Below are positions 31,029-47,256 of a stretch of DNA of 64,000 nt, one piece after another; the stretch's first letter is position 1; each line of letters starts with the position of its first letter. The notes beneath the pieces were generated by a model, which did no database searches, had not been told where the DNA came from, and saw only the letters and a program-made list of their open reading frames with translations. The stretch is from Eledone cirrhosa. Lineage: Eukaryota. A program made the position numbers and the translations under genes. The stretch is taken from positions 48,608,001 through 48,672,000 of the forward strand of contig OZ024749.1 of NCBI GenBank assembly GCA_964016885.1. The letters run 5' to 3'.

Positions 31029-31904
31029 TAATTGTTCTGCATCCCCCTGCATAGAACCACGAAGGTACTAAGACATAACATATATATTTGCTAGCATGGG
31101 TGTACATCTGTCTACATATGTTGGTACATATACTAATTCTCTCTCTCTCTATATATATATATACATATACATGTATATATATATACATATATACATATAT
31201 ATACACACATATATGTATATATATATATATGTACATCTGTGTATTTGTGAGAGAATGTGTGTAATAACCTTTGTTTGGGCTAGTTAGCTCTTTCTTCAAT
31301 GTTTTATTGTGTTTGCTAAAATCTACGAAAACAAATGTAAAACAACTGATCGTGTGAAGTCCGTTATACGAATATTCCTCTACTCCATAATCCATCTAGT
31401 CGGAATATGGGACTACTATTTCATCAGTGTTGGATATTCTTCCCAGCATTTGATATATACAGCATAGGTGATGTGACCGTCTTCAAAATGAAATTAAACA
31501 TCTTTATTTAGATTTTTATCATTGCTCCCATAGAGACCAGTGACTAAACTGTTCTGTGTATGAATACGACTGTACCAAACTTTTAAAGACAGACGATTCA
31601 AACTTATTTCTGACACGCTATCATTCATAGGCAAATCAAAGTCGACACACATCCAAGTCAATCATACATTCAGATGTCACATATTCATGTAACAAATATA
31701 TTTTGATTACAGTAATACATTGTTTGTATTCTATTGTCTAGACACAACGGTGCTATATATTGAAGGCGATGATGTTGTAATGACGTTTTATTTAGCAAGA
31801 GTATTATCGATATAAATGAAGTAAAGTTCCATTATACGTCAATACGCGTGTCGTACTCTCAATTCACATTATGCATGGCATGTAAATTACTTGGTTAAAT
31901 ATAC

Positions 31905-31965
<61 letters not shown>

Positions 31966-32813
31966 TAACTTCGGTAATGTTGCGTGCATTTTCAGAATAG
32001 CGGAAATAATTATAAATGCTTCAGTTATGATTTACGCTGAACACAGCTTCATAATTTATACTCGGATTTGTTAACAAGGCAGGATTACACATTGGATTTA
32101 GCGACGTACGTATTAAGCTGAGGAAGACGAGGTTTGTTTTGTCAAACAGTATGAGCTCACTGATACGCTTTCGCATTTAATTTTCCATTCCATTAAGAAT
32201 ATATTTATCAATATTCTATATATTTAGGTAGCAGATCACATAATTATGAGTCAAAAGACTTGTTTACGTTCAATATGATGGAAACAGCACATAATTATGT
32301 AAAATGTCTTATATACTACGTAATCATTAAGATAGGTATTTGTTCAATGCAAGCTGCCCCACAATTATACCTGTTATTTAATTTACCGATAACATACAAA
32401 AGCCGCGAATTGTCCCTAGAAGTAATGTGGAAACTACTTAAATAGTTTATGGAATTTGATTCTAAATATTATTGTAAAATTATGGGAATGTCAATATTTG
32501 GTTTTTGTTATGGTTATCGTTTGTTTAAACCTAAGATAATTTTCAATAAGTATAAACATTTTTTGTGAAGTTTTATATTAAAGATGAAGACATAACACTA
32601 GACGTAATACTATTCATATATACCACAATTGTAAGCATACTGAAAAAGCATAATGACCTTATGATACTAAACTGTTTATGAATTCATAGTATTAAACCAG
32701 AAAATGCCAAATTGCTAAATATTTGGCTTCTTTCTAAATACGGTCATATAAAGGCATATACATATATACATATACACTCATATACGGAGGCGTTTCCACT
32801 TTCATTACCTTTA

Positions 32814-32873
<60 letters not shown>

Positions 32874-34497
32874 CATATACATACTTATGTGAGTGTGTGT
32901 GTGACCGTGTGTGTAAATATATATATATAAAGGTTTGTCTATATGTGTGATTATGTATGCGAATCTTTCTGATATGAATATACATAGATGTAGATATAGA
33001 TATTGCCAAATATATTATTGAGTGATATTAAAAGATTTTGTGTATTTTGATTTTGAGATATAATAAGATAATGTGAACGAGATAATAAAATATAATGACA
33101 AGAAACGTAAGAGGAATAAGCATAGTATAATGGGGCAGTCTGTAATTCAGAGAGAAATGTATGAGTGAACGAATGTTAAAAGGAAAAATACGAAGAATTG
33201 TATATTATATTCAGTTAAGAAAGAATTGGAAAGTATCTATTAAAATAGCGAAATAATGATGAAAGAAAATAAATAGGAAAACCATATGAAAATATTACAG
33301 ATTTTAAAAATGAATACAAGAATGGAAAACTGAAGCGTATAAGAATGGAAGACGATGCAAATAGTGGAAGGGGATACATCTCATTTGAATTAATAAATGG
33401 TGTTGACTGAACGTGACAATGGAAGTGAACAAATGAATGTCATGACAAAGAAAAGGAAACAAATATAAGAAATGAAAATGACAAAACTCGTTAGAATATT
33501 ATCAATTTTGGAATGTGTATGTAATATTTTCGTATAGCAAGATCTAACGAGTCGTCAAAAAAGCAGAAAGTTTAGATTATATATCATAATTCTATAATCT
33601 CATAACAGAATTCATAGAATCCCTGATAGAATCCCTCATCGAATTTAGTTAAGAACATAACGTCAATCTGTGTAAATTTAATAAAAATATTTAATGAAAA
33701 TGTATACCCTCTTAGCTAATGATTGAAACAAATATACAACTAGGAGGCATAGAATTAGAATCATATTGTTTGGCAATACCCATCCTATCGATCAGGTTTA
33801 CAAGCTGGAATGACCCTTCAGTTTCACAGTTTATGGAATATTTTTATTTTCTTCCGTAAGCATGAGTAGGTTGAGAAACAAAACATACACACATTCTTAT
33901 AAAGACAACAAATCTCATTAAAGATTTGTATGCAATTGTAATGAATAATAAAGATTATATTGTAATGAATAATAAACTATATTTGCATCAGATGTACATT
34001 CATATTTCGAATTTGTTGTCCCTGAAATGCTGTCAATCTAAGAGTCTAGACTAGTATCTCTCTCTCTATCTGTCTATCTATCATATTCTCTCGCCCTCTA
34101 TCATGCTCTCTATCTCTCTCTACGTCTCTCTCGCTTACCTCTTTCTCTCTGTAGACCGTACATTGGAATGAGCGATATAACGACTGACAAGAAAGCCGAG
34201 TGTTATTAAATTTATCTCTAAACCTTCCGGGTTCAGATCTCTCCGCATGGTTTTATCTGAATAGGTGTGGAACAATTTATGTGTCACAGGGTTCATTTTA
34301 GAAGACCTCAACTATATCAGACCCTCTTTACGAAAGAGCTGAAAGGCATACAGCTAAACCTAGCTCACAGCAGTAAATATTGCATCCTCTACCATTATAT
34401 GGTCATTTGTTATAGATTGAAATATATATGTTCAACGTTGATAGCAAATAAAAATCAAAGATACAATTTCTCAGAAAAACATCAATTGGTGTATGTG

Positions 34498-34619
<122 letters not shown>

Positions 34620-35348
34620 GGAGAAAGAGGTTGTGTGTGTGTTTGTGTGTATGAGCGTGTGTCAAGCGTACGGTGTTGTGTGTATATATGAACATGTATG
34701 TGTATGTAAGCCATTCTTTTCACATTTTATATCATGATTATGTTATGATATGACTATGAAATTTAACATTCATTTTCCTAAGAGATGGTTCTTTGTTTAT
34801 CTGTAGCTCAATTCTGTCAATCCATTTCGCACATATATTTACAGCACGACCTGGCGATGTTGCAGCATACGATCGTCGTATTAGGAATAGCTATTAATTT
34901 TCCCTTGAATAATATTTTCCCGTACTAAAGAGGAAAGGGCATACATTCTGTAATACCAACGTACAATCATTTACAGATATATCAATAGACAGGTATGACA
35001 TTGAATTATGATCGCAAGTAGGATACTCATATACATTGTGTTAGAATTTCCCTATATATTACATACATGGGTGTGTGATAGATTTTTTTATGGGATGAAG
35101 TAAAATGGGCGGAGAGGAATTCATTATATTTTACAACCTCGAGCGTGCTTTGTGGTAGTGGATTCGTAATGTTGAAACTTTTTGAAGATGATTTTTATTC
35201 GTTATTCTAAAGCTATTTGAATTTACACTGTCACTTCAATAAAAATAAATAAGCTCAACATCAAAGAAGCTATAACTCTACTAATAAACTGAATCGTTCG
35301 TGTTTGTATTGATAGTCAGATACACGCGGTTATACTCGTCAGACAAAT

Positions 35349-35435
<87 letters not shown>

Positions 35436-35883
35436 TATGTATATATACATACACACACATACACACACACACACACAAACGTATATATATATATACATGC
35501 ATACGTGCGTACGTACACACACACACACACAATATATATATATATATATATATATACAGAACATATCTTCATTCATATATACATACATATATATATTTGT
35601 TGCAACTCACTTACGAGAAATGGCATTACCTGATCATTTCCTCACACATGTGTGGCACGAATATCGTGTTTTAGCACTACCATGGACTTATTTTCTTTTC
35701 TACGTATGCTGCACCAATGAATGTTACTACGACCTAGGTTCTTCATTTTGTTTTGGTGAATCTAAGATGACGACAATGAAAATCCAAATTGATAATAAAC
35801 ACATATATGTAGCCGAGACTTCTGTATACGATTTCATATCCAGTATATATTCCAAGGCATATATTAATCAAACCTATTCATCT

Positions 35884-35978
35884 GTTAACCTCGGCGGGAT
35901 TTGAACTCAGACCATAAAGGGCCGTAACTCTTAGCTGCAAAGCATGGCGTCTGACACTCTACAGATACTGCCAATCCA
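35884..35978 (-). mobile_element. SINE 5' half (tRNA head)
   Basis: GTTAACCTCGGCGGGATTTGAACTCAG...GATACTGCCAATCCA. Confidence 0.88.
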
Positions 35979-36472
35979 ACGCATATATAAATAATAATTT
36001 TTGATCAATCTCTATAAACTTTTGACATCATTCGAATAATCCTTTATGAATCATATTTTGAATCATACCTAATAAACCACCGGGAGAGATGTATTGATGT
36101 TGCCCACTCTATGCAGTCAGGTCACATTTACATCTCTATATCACAATACACATCATAAATGAACAAAAGCCTATGAGGATAATAATGATCTCAGTACTCG
36201 TTTTCTCCCTGTAAAAACACAGTGATCGTGATTGTTACATAGCTATATTATAGCATGTCAAGTTGGACAGGGAAGAACATATCCCAGTAGTGATCCATGA
36301 CATTGAGCATACTAATATTATATTAATCTAGATATTTAGTGACAGTTTTGTAAATATCTCTTTTCCTCTTTGTTTTCCATTTCGTTATGTATGTATCTCT
36401 ACCTATCTCTCTCAATAAATACCATTAGCATATCTTCATTTTGTTAAGGATCATTATTATCTTCGTCATCAC

Positions 36473-36608
36473 ATAGAGTTACGCCCCTTTCCATTCTGAA
36501 TTCAAATCCCGCCGGGGATAACTTTGCCTTTCATCCTTACGGGGTCGATAAAATAAAAGTACCAGTAATGCACTGTTAATTGCTGGCCTTGTGCCACAAG
36601 TAGAAACA
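36473..36608 (+). mobile_element. SINE, 5'-truncated, with 20-bp TSD
   Basis: TSD ATTATTATCTTC(G/A)TCATCAC at 36453-36472 and 36609-36628. Confidence 0.92.
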
Positions 36609-37383
36609 ATTATTATCTTCATCATCACCTATATAACCGCAGCCATCAACATTATCATTGTCCCTTTCTCTCCTTTTCTTTCTCCACATTGTCTCATACT
36701 CCCTTTGATCACCTTGTTTCTACTGAAGTTGAAATTATAACTTCGTATAAATAAAACAGCAACACACATAAATCCTATAGGTTTGCCACTTTGGAAATTA
36801 TAATAATGCTTTGCGCTTGGCAACTACACCAGCCTTTCTATGAGTATAGCAAAAACGTAAACATATTATTTAACAGAAACGACGTAAGTGGCAGTGTTAA
36901 ATAAACAGCGAGACCACTCTGGGCAGCTGCTTCCTCTCAAAAAACGAAATGAACATGAATGTTTAATTTATTGTCTATTTGTTTCTATTATAGCATTCTT
37001 TCATCAGAATAGTATAATTACTAGGATTCCTTTTCTTGGAAACATATATCTTTTTCGTTTCCACTTGTTTTCTGTGTTGTTTCGTATTGTGTTTTTGTTT
37101 GTTTTTGTTTTTTTTTATTGTTGTTTGGTAGAATTGTGAAATTGTTTACATTATAGTGTGAACGTGAAAATACTTATTTGTAGATGAAATGCTGGTCTCG
37201 AAGAAAGGAAGCTCCACGTTAAATCGTAGTATGTGGAATGTTGAACACTCGTCTTGAATATAGTCTAAGCTGGCCAAAGAGATTGTTAACTTAACTACTT
37301 AGACCAAAACATTATTGAAGCCCGTTGAATTACATCCATTTATCTTTCCACCATCTATCTAACGCTCTCTCCCCCTCTTTCTC

Positions 37384-37474
<91 letters not shown>

Positions 37475-40157
37475 ATATATATATATATAGGCCATTATTT
37501 TTCATATTTAGGATGGACCCGATGTTCATGGAATGCTAAGCAACATTCACGTTAATTTCAGACTACAATTTATATAGACATCGTCAACACCCAACCAGGT
37601 TCATTAACTTCCAAATAAACTTTCTAAAAATTACCATTTAGGAAATTTGAAGCTGTCTGGAAATATGTGAAATCTAACATGATCACGATTAAAATTCCTC
37701 CACTGTGAGTTCACTCTAAAGAAGATTGTATTTTCCACTTTCCTCTTCGACTTTGAACGAAAATAATTAAGTTGGTGTTGCACCATTTTTTTTTTGTTTA
37801 TTCGTTAAGCTGCAAACACATCTATCAGTTACTTACGTAAATCAAAAAAAATCGATAGGAAAATATCGATTGCTTTGTCAGAAGCACATATCTTTGTAGC
37901 GTGGATTGCTTTGTCGAGCTGAGTGAAGTAATTCCAGGAAATATTACAGGGGATAATTTCATTGCCAGATGAGAGATCAAATGTAAAAAGATCAAAGATC
38001 AGGTTATCTTGCTCAGTGTTTGAATTTAGAACACAGAGGGATGAAACAAATATAATGTGAAATATTTATAGCAGAGCAGCTCCCTTTGAATAAATAATGA
38101 AATGATCATATATTTTAGTGGCAACGTCAAGATGATGTCGTTTTATAAGATTCGGAATGTAAAATGGTATCAACCGGAAAAAAGACTATCTCCGGACAAG
38201 TCCATTTACTTTCGACTTGCTCCATAGATTTTAAATTATTCTCTTGTTTGCAAATCTAAGTTTGTTTCTTTTTTGTTCTGAAGATTCAACAAGTGAAACT
38301 CTACTTAGTTGATCAATATGCTACAGATTATTGGGAAATCGACCCCCCAAAATAAAATAAAACTGTACACTAATATGATGCGAAAGTTTATATTGTAGGT
38401 CTGAGTAGATATTTTCAAAATAAGATTTGTTTAAAGTTTTAACGACATCAAAAGCAAGACTGCTCAATTAGATTTGATTTGGATTTAATCAATAACATAT
38501 ATTTCCGCTAGACCACATCATCACATATATAAAAGAACACTGTAGATAATATATGAGAGTATTATTCTTAAAATAAAGTAAAGGTAGTCATGCATAAGGT
38601 GTCTTTTTTTATGTCACTGCTTGAACAAGGGTGATGTTTCGAGTATTAATTAAAATACGAAAAAGATACTACCCAAGTTACTCTATATTGACATATTAGC
38701 CTATTGGGAAATAAAGTTTTTTAAAACTGTCCTGGACTATGATCAAACTACTTCCAGCCGCACTGACATTACTAACGTCATCCCAAAATATGGTCTTGGT
38801 GTTAAACAAGTTAAATGATATCTGACACACAATCAACGTAAGAAGAGCAGCAAGCGTAAATGAAAGAATTGAATTGAATACGAGAAACTAAATTAAAATT
38901 GTTTGAGCTAGTTCACAGCAAGGCACCAATATGAAAGTTAGGACGTCAGTTAAACGGTAGATTCAGCATTTACAATCTATGTTCTAAAACGAAAGCAAAG
39001 AAATTTTAAAATGATATCTAGAGAGGGATTATAATATGTAAGCTTTATTGCTTGATACAGCCATTAGCAATTTCAGTTGTCTTTCACTCACCCAGCTAAC
39101 GAATGCAACTAGTTATGTATAACAGCCGCACTTTGTACATAAGTCTTGTTTGCGATAAAGGGGACTGTGGGGAAACCTTTGGTAGGCTGGGTATTGAAAA
39201 TTGCTATATTGCTATAGATACTTGGATTTTGTTTCCTGGGATGAGGCATACATATTTATTTTTCTGATTTCATTAATCTCTTCGAATATGAAACCCGATT
39301 AGTACTACAGTACTAAAGAACACACATGGCTAATTGAACGTCAAAGAACAAATAGTAATGAAACGAATGGACAAGATTGTAGTTGCGTTTTATTTTCTAT
39401 AAGGAAGAAATTTAACAACACTCAAAACATTTCCGATGTTAAAAATGATATCTACTTCAAAATAAACCATTTCCATCTTCACTAACACGGACAGGACATT
39501 CCAGATTTGTTTTTAGAGAAACCATTATAAAAGTTAAAAGGATAATTTATTATTTATAATTCTTCTTTCTACATGTAATTACAACTACTGTTCATGATGA
39601 TTTGGTCTTATATTATATTTTGTAGATTATCCGTCTGTTTTATGTTTTCAACTAACATTTTTCACTAATTTATTGTTTTTGCGACTACTTATTTATATTT
39701 TGTTTTATGTTATTCATTTTTTTTTAGTCTTCTTTCAACTTTGAAAGATGTGCCTCATCATAAAAAATAAAAGGTTTATAGCATTGTTACGTAACAGAGT
39801 GCGAAAGAGATTTAGATAACCTACAAGTAAAAAATATAATTAAACATAGACAAGCAGAGAAAAAGATAATGAAATTTTAAAGATTCAGAGAAGAAGATAT
39901 ATATAAAAATAAAGAAAGACAAGATGAAACTAATAGAAATTTTATGTAAAAAAAAAAGAGGAAAAATTGCAGTGATAAGTAAATAAAATAAAATGATATG
40001 ATGTAAAATAAAAAACAAACTTTTAAAATATCTTTAAAGATTAGAGAATGAAAACAAGAAAGACGAAGAGAAAAAACGATGGAAGTCAGTGATCTGTTAA
40101 TATCTCCTCCAGCCAGAAATATGCACCACTAGTCTAATGTCTAATTAATCGAAACTT

Positions 40158-40216
<59 letters not shown>

Positions 40217-40235
40217 GCGCGCACGCACACATACA

Positions 40236-40315
<80 letters not shown>

Positions 40316-41115
40316 GGTGTCTATGCTATATGTGTATGCATGTATATACGTATGCTTTTTTTTGCGGTTGGTTATTATATTTATTCGTACGTTAGAGTGT
40401 GTACGTGTGCTGTCACTTTATTTCATTTGTATTCTATCTTTAAATTTCTTTGTATCCCTCCACCTATAAAACACACCTTCTGATCGTCTAATCAAAGTGT
40501 TCATCTTTTCTACTTTTCGTCTTATTTTGTATAGTTTTATGTATATTTAAATATTTTATATTATTTTGTGTACGTTTTTTTTCCTTTCCCTTTATTTTCA
40601 CAAGAAGACGAAAGTAAAGAGAAAGGAATCAGCTCCTTTCCTCTTACCACCTAATTCCTTCTCCCTCATCATTACCAGTATCACTAACACTTTAATCAGA
40701 AACCAGAATAATAATAGCAACAGCATAAACAACAAGAGCAGCAAGAAAATAAAAAAAATAATACACAGACAAATATATGCGTATGTATGAAGCAAATAAA
40801 AGAAATAAAAGCTTTTGTTTTAATTAAATTTTACGTGGTTTAAGAAAATTCGACAGCTTTCCTCTCGAACTGCAAACACAAATCACGATTTACTAGTATT
40901 GATTTTTTTTCACTTTCTTCTTCTGTTTATTATAGTGTTTTAGGTGTCATGGTGCAATAGTTAAGTTCTCGATTATTCGAATCCAGTTATACCACTTTCA
41001 ATTTAATTTCTAAGCAGCTAATACATTTGACTCGTGTACAAACTCACCTTAATTAATTCTTCTGGAGCTTCCTAATAATAATAGTAATAATAATAATTAT
41101 CATTTGTCTTGTATA

Positions 41116-41150
<35 letters not shown>

Positions 41151-42182
41151 CATTTTTTCGGAGGAGGGGGAAGAATGCCTCTTTTTGAGGTTATTGTCCA
41201 AAATGTTATTCTTTTCTGATATCCAAATATTATCTAATTTAATAATTTAACTTTCTATTTTTTAAAACTTTTCTTTGTCAAATATGAATTATATTATTAA
41301 AAACATACATGTTCAGTTCGTGATGTCTTCCTATCTGATGTAAGAAAATATGGCAAAAAGTGAGTTTGGCTTTGCTTCGAGCTATTCGAAATTACGACGT
41401 ATTCAAACTATTTGCATTTTCTGTCTCTTTCCTACACCCCTCTTTTCTTCTAGTGATTTTGTGATTCTTTTCTCCTGTTCAATCTGACAGTAACGCTTTG
41501 TTATTTTACTGTATAAACAGTACTTTGTAAAAGTTTGCTGAAACCATTATTGATATAAAAACACAAATATTACGTGTAAGAATTGCAATAGGTAAATAAC
41601 TAAATAAATACACAATCATATACATTCATATTAAACATGCTTTCAAATATAGAAACACGAAAATTCTCACACGAATATGCACAAAGACACACACACGCAC
41701 ACACAATACATATAAAACACACACACACATATTTACATATTGCTCCATATTATCTAACGCACAGTGAGAGAGAGAAAATAAGTGTGCCCGAGTGAATGCA
41801 TGTGGATACATAGGGGAGCCATAAGAAAAGCATACACACACACACACTCACACACACAGACATATCTCTATAAATAAATAAATATATATATATATATATA
41901 TATCTGCACTTATTACTCATTATTATTTTAGATACAGAAAAGGCTCATGCAGGGAGTATGCAGACAATTATTTTACTGTTTTTCAATTTCTCGCATTTTC
42001 ACTTCTGTATTCATTAACCTACGTGGGTGGTTTGAAGTTTCCATGTGTATGTACGGTGTTTTAACGTGCATATGAGTGTGTATGCGTGATTGTATGTTTG
42101 GATGTGTGAGTCTACTACATATTCGATAAAAAAGACGATACCATTCGAAAAGAAGGAATGGAAGAATATAATACATATAATG

Positions 42183-42254
<72 letters not shown>

Positions 42255-42453
42255 TTATTTATATATTTATTTATTTATATATTTATTTATTTATTTATGT
42301 AGATACACATACATATATGTACGAGTTTATTTGTCCATGTGTACGCGTTCTTTTAGAATAGGAAATGTAGTATGTACCCAATGAACTTTCCATCGATACA
42401 CTCACTTGCATATACATGTAGATTCTCTCTGTCTCTCTGTATACCACCAACCC

Positions 42454-42492
<39 letters not shown>

Positions 42493-42942
42493 TCATAATA
42501 TATATATATGTTTATATGTTTTTTTGGATAGATTGATCAAAAATCATGAGAGACAGATGTTGATATAGGCTGCCAGTACCCACAATCAAGAGAAGATCTG
42601 AAGAAAAGAATAGTAGAATAGAAACAATACCAGTGGTAATATAGTGCACCAAGCTTGCGGAAATATATATATATATTTTCCATCTTCAGTTTATAGACAT
42701 AATGTAATCTAACCGAATGAAATAACTATTGAAATTCCAGAAATGTACCTACACGACTCTGTCGAGCATTATGATATCAAACATGCTCTTGTTTTATTAA
42801 TTTAATTTTTGTTTCGCTCTACTATTCACAGAAAATGAAAAAAAAAAGAAATAGGAATAATTTTTTATATAGTACAAAAGTTATGCCATTTTTTAAAGCA
42901 TGAACATTATTATTTTAATTTTTTTTTTGCATAGCGAAATAA

Positions 42943-42990
<48 letters not shown>

Positions 42991-43022
42991 CATTTTATAT
43001 ATATATGTATATATATATTTAT

Positions 43023-43108
<86 letters not shown>

Positions 43109-43136
43109 TATATATATATATATAAATATATATATG

Positions 43137-43191
<55 letters not shown>

Positions 43192-43428
43192 AAAAATAAT
43201 TGAACCAAATATGTTATAATCATGTGCACATTCTTCCCTATATATATATATGTTTCATATCAGTAATTCTGTTACAGCTTTCGTATTTTATTTTCAGTTG
43301 AATCAGTTTTATACTCATTGTCATGTTTTTTAGAGTTTCATTATATTGAGAATATAACTATCGTTTCTTTGGAAATGCAAACTCTTATGCACGTCACCGA
43401 GAAACCCTCTAACATACGTTGATTCAAT

Positions 43429-43610
43429 AATTGTTTCTACATTAGGCACAATACCAGCAATTACCCAGTACATTATGGTACTTTATTTTATCGACCCCGT
43501 AAAGATGAAAGGCAAAGTTAACCTCGGCGGGATTTGAACTCAGAATGTAAAGGGACGTAACTATGCTAGAAAGCATGGCGTCCAACCCTCTACCGATACT
43601 TCCAATTCAC
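43429..43610 (-). mobile_element. SINE, full length
   Basis: Matches the family consensus from head to tail. Confidence 0.92.
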
Positions 43611-43954
43611 TAATGAAGGAACATAAATATCAGTACACGCACTTAAACATACGTATACAAACAGATATATATATGCCAACATCCTACAGACACAGACACA
43701 TATTTATATATAGAAGCCATATTGGTTTTTTTCAGTTTTCTTTTAAAATCCGTTATACATATTTGCGTAAGGATAATAGGTTATGATTGCTTGATCTCTT
43801 CTGACGGCAAAACCTAAAATAAAGTTTGGAAGTACCTATGGAACTTCTAAATTTAGAAAAATCCAATAATTTCCCCGAAAGGAATGTTCGTCTTGTTACT
43901 TCGACAACCAGCCTGTATATATATATATATATGTTTGTATATATATATATATAC

Positions 43955-44047
<93 letters not shown>

Positions 44048-44062
44048 TATATACATATATAT

Positions 44063-44119
<57 letters not shown>

Positions 44120-44190
44120 TATATATATATATGTATATACAAATATATATATATATATATATACATATATAAATATATATATATATATAT

Positions 44191-44321
<131 letters not shown>

Positions 44322-44332
44322 ATAACTTTAAT

Positions 44333-44458
44333 TTATTAAAATAACAGATTAAAGTTTAAGCAAAGAATCGCTGCTTTCACCCTTAACGGGATCTTCTGTT
44401 ATATATTTTCCTTATCGAGCCCTCTTCAGATTTTAGGCTTCAATTTTATTATTATTAC
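44333..44458 (+). mobile_element. PLE-like family C insertion (inverted arm plus tail) with 15-bp TSD
   Basis: TSD TATAATAACTTTAAT at 44318-44332 and 44459-44473. Homologous to 52868-53045 and 61750-62050. Confidence 0.8.
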
Positions 44459-44523
44459 TATAATAACTTTAATAAAGATGATAACGTTACATAAATCGGT
44501 TAACATTAGCGTCTTTATTTATT

Positions 44524-44629
44524 ATTGTTTCTACTTTAAACACAAGGCCAGCAATTACCCAGTGCATTGCTGGTACTTTATTTTATCGACCCCGTAAGGA
44601 TGAAGGGAAAGTCAACCTCGGCGGGATTT
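44524..44629 (-). mobile_element. SINE, 5'-truncated
   Basis: Consensus 3' two-thirds. Head-to-head with the next copy. Confidence 0.9.
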
Positions 44630-44638
44630 ATTAATTAT

Positions 44639-44814
44639 GGTGGTTTGGCAGTATCGGTAGAGGGTTGGAGGCCATGCTGTGAGGCATAGAGTTACGGCAC
44701 TTGCCATTCTGAGTTCAAATCCCGCCGATGTTAACTTTGCCTTTCATCCTTATGGGATCGATAATATAAAGTATCAGTAATACACTGGAGTAATTGCCAA
44801 AAGTAGAAACAATT
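44639..44814 (+). mobile_element. SINE, full length
   Basis: A box TGGCAGTATCGG, B box GAGTTCAAATCC, central domain and tail. Confidence 0.92.
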
Positions 44815-44974
44815 AGTATACTGGAACTCCATCGTTACTACAAACTATGTGTGTTGAGAGCTTTCTCCTTCTTGCTGCTGTTTTGACCAACACAATTTCT
44901 TCGGAACACACACACACACACACGCACGCACACATACACGCACACCCACACATACATACACACACATACACACG

Positions 44975-45026
<52 letters not shown>

Positions 45027-45032
<6 letters not shown>

Positions 45033-45211
45033 AAGGAGCTTCTACAGGACTAGTACTGTTTCATTCAGATGAAATCTTCCTGAAGATTTCATCTGAATGA
45101 AACAGTACTAGTCCTGTAGAAGCTCCTTCTATAAAATAAAAAAAATTTACTCCGCCATGTATTGAGTACCTTACTTACTGTAGTTATCCCCGACTCAACC
45201 CGGGACCTACG

Positions 45212-45212
<1 letters not shown>
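45027..45212 (+). mobile_element. Fold-back PLE-like end, family D: 108-bp palindrome plus tail, within (TA)n
   Basis: Perfect arms 45027-45134 with a 2-nt centre (CT, 45080-81). From the centre it reads CTGAAGA-TTTCATCTGAAT-GAAAC-AGTACTA-GTC (hammerhead core). Tail contains ATTGAGTACC. Confidence 0.8.
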
Positions 45213-45294
<82 letters not shown>

Positions 45295-45903
45295 CATAAC
45301 GCCAGAATAGTTAATGAAGACAGTTTGTGAATACATATGTAAGCTATTTTTCTCTAATCCATCTGTACTATCATGACATTTCTCGTTATTATCATGGACA
45401 TATATTTAAGATAATATATGCAATTTTCCCCATCGAAACATCATGAATTCAATACTCACTAAAACAGGAAATGTTAGTATTACTTCATCGACATAGGTTA
45501 GATGTTTTTTCATTAGATATCACAATATGTATAATTATGTTGCGTCTTGTAATTGCTTCGTATAGATTGCCACGTACCGCAATGTGTTTAAATAGATATT
45601 GTGCTTGACGTAATCTATATCTTAGCTGATCTTACGAAAATTAACAATTATATTCTAGATGCCAACTGTAACCTTACTTAACTTTCAGAAAATGTATTTG
45701 CAAACTGATTTCTCTCCTCCGTTCATATCCTAAACGGAAAAACTCAGCCTCATTTCTATAGCTATTGAAGCTCCAGTGCACCATGAAGACCTCAAGCCTA
45801 GGTACTTCTAAGTAAGATCCCTGGATGTAATATGTCCTTTCACGAGGGAATGCTTTGTTCTAAAGTGTTATATGTTTGAGCTTGTATATGGTTTAAGGAT
45901 AAT

Positions 45904-46089
45904 CATTGTTTCTACGTTTGGCACAAGGCCAGCAATTATTCCAGTGTATTACTGGTACTTTATTTTATGGACCCCGTAAGGATGAAAGGAAAAGTTAACC
46001 TCGGCGGGATTTGAACTCAGAATGGCAAGGGCCGTAACACTATGCATCAAAGCATGGCGTCCGACCATCTACCGATACTGCCAATCCTG
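45904..46089 (-). mobile_element. SINE, near full length, with 14-bp TSD
   Basis: TSD GGTTTAAGGATAAT at 45890-45903 and 46090-46103. Confidence 0.93.
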
Positions 46090-46671
46090 GGTTTAAGGAT
46101 AATAATGATTATATATATATAAATGTGTGTGTGTGCATGTGTGTGTTTGATTGCATATATGTATGTTTGTATGCATATTTGTAAATATATATATGTGTGC
46201 GTATGACGTACAAGTGTGATTTGTAAACTAGTTTCTTAAAAGGACATCAATATTATGTAATTCGGTATGTTGTAATGTTTAAATCTAAACAGTACGCCAT
46301 TTCAAATAGTAATATGATCCGTGGCACACTACCGACGTGTATTTGGAGATGTTCTCAATAATAATTTTACATGGTTATCGTTCCGAATCGCGACCCTAAG
46401 AGAATATATAATACGCGACATCATTTCCTTCATTACATATTTACAGTACAAAATAGTTAGTACTCGTATTAGAAAATAATTACATAACTCATAGTAACTA
46501 ATATGTAATACAAATGAACATTACAAAGGTATTAATGTTATTATAATGAACGAAACTCTGTAGTATATTTGCTAATAACATATTACAAACGTTTAATGTC
46601 AGATAATAAGTGGGCAATTCAAATACTATGGAGATAGATTCACACTCGCTTCCTAACATATAACTGCAAAT

Positions 46672-46709
<38 letters not shown>

Positions 46710-47217
46710 GAAAGACAGGGAAAGCGGGAGAGAAAAGAAGTGAGAATGTAAGAGATAGAGACATTGTGTATGCGTTTCTGTAGGAATATTCATATTTAAT
46801 GGTATGGAACATCAATTTTCCATTTGATATCTTACAACATGCAAACGAATTCATTAAATCTTTAGAGACTTGTGAAGCTTATTGCAGTTATATTTGAGTA
46901 ATATGAATGAATTATGGATAATGAATACAAATTAATTAAATATGAAATTACATCTTTGTACAACTTTTAATTATGAGAATATGAAATTTAATGAAGTTTT
47001 CTCCGTGAATGGAGAGAATAATTGCAGATGGAATTATAAATATCGTGTGCCTTCAAAATTGAAAGATGTCACAAATGTCCCCTACTGTGCATGGTATATT
47101 TCATAGAATTACACATGATATAGATGGTTTTGTATACGTCATTGCCACAGTAAGTCAGACCCAAATTATGTAGAGAATCATAGGTATACTTTATCAGACA
47201 TGGAGGGTTAGCGAGGT

Positions 47218-47256
<39 letters not shown>

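Noticed and set aside
32118-32155. CTGAGGAAGACGAG...TTTGTCAAACAGTA hammerhead-like motif
   Set aside because: It lacks the G of GAAA and has no helix I. Too degenerate to call.
35597-35904. About 100-codon non-repetitive tail of ORF 35347-35904
   Set aside because: It starts in a microsatellite and ends in a SINE, with no recognisable domain or splice support.
45762-45801. Candidate 40-nt exon encoding IEAPVHHEDLKP (kinase HRDLKP-like)
   Set aside because: HED instead of HRD, a weak donor and no other kinase exons in the window. Likely chance.
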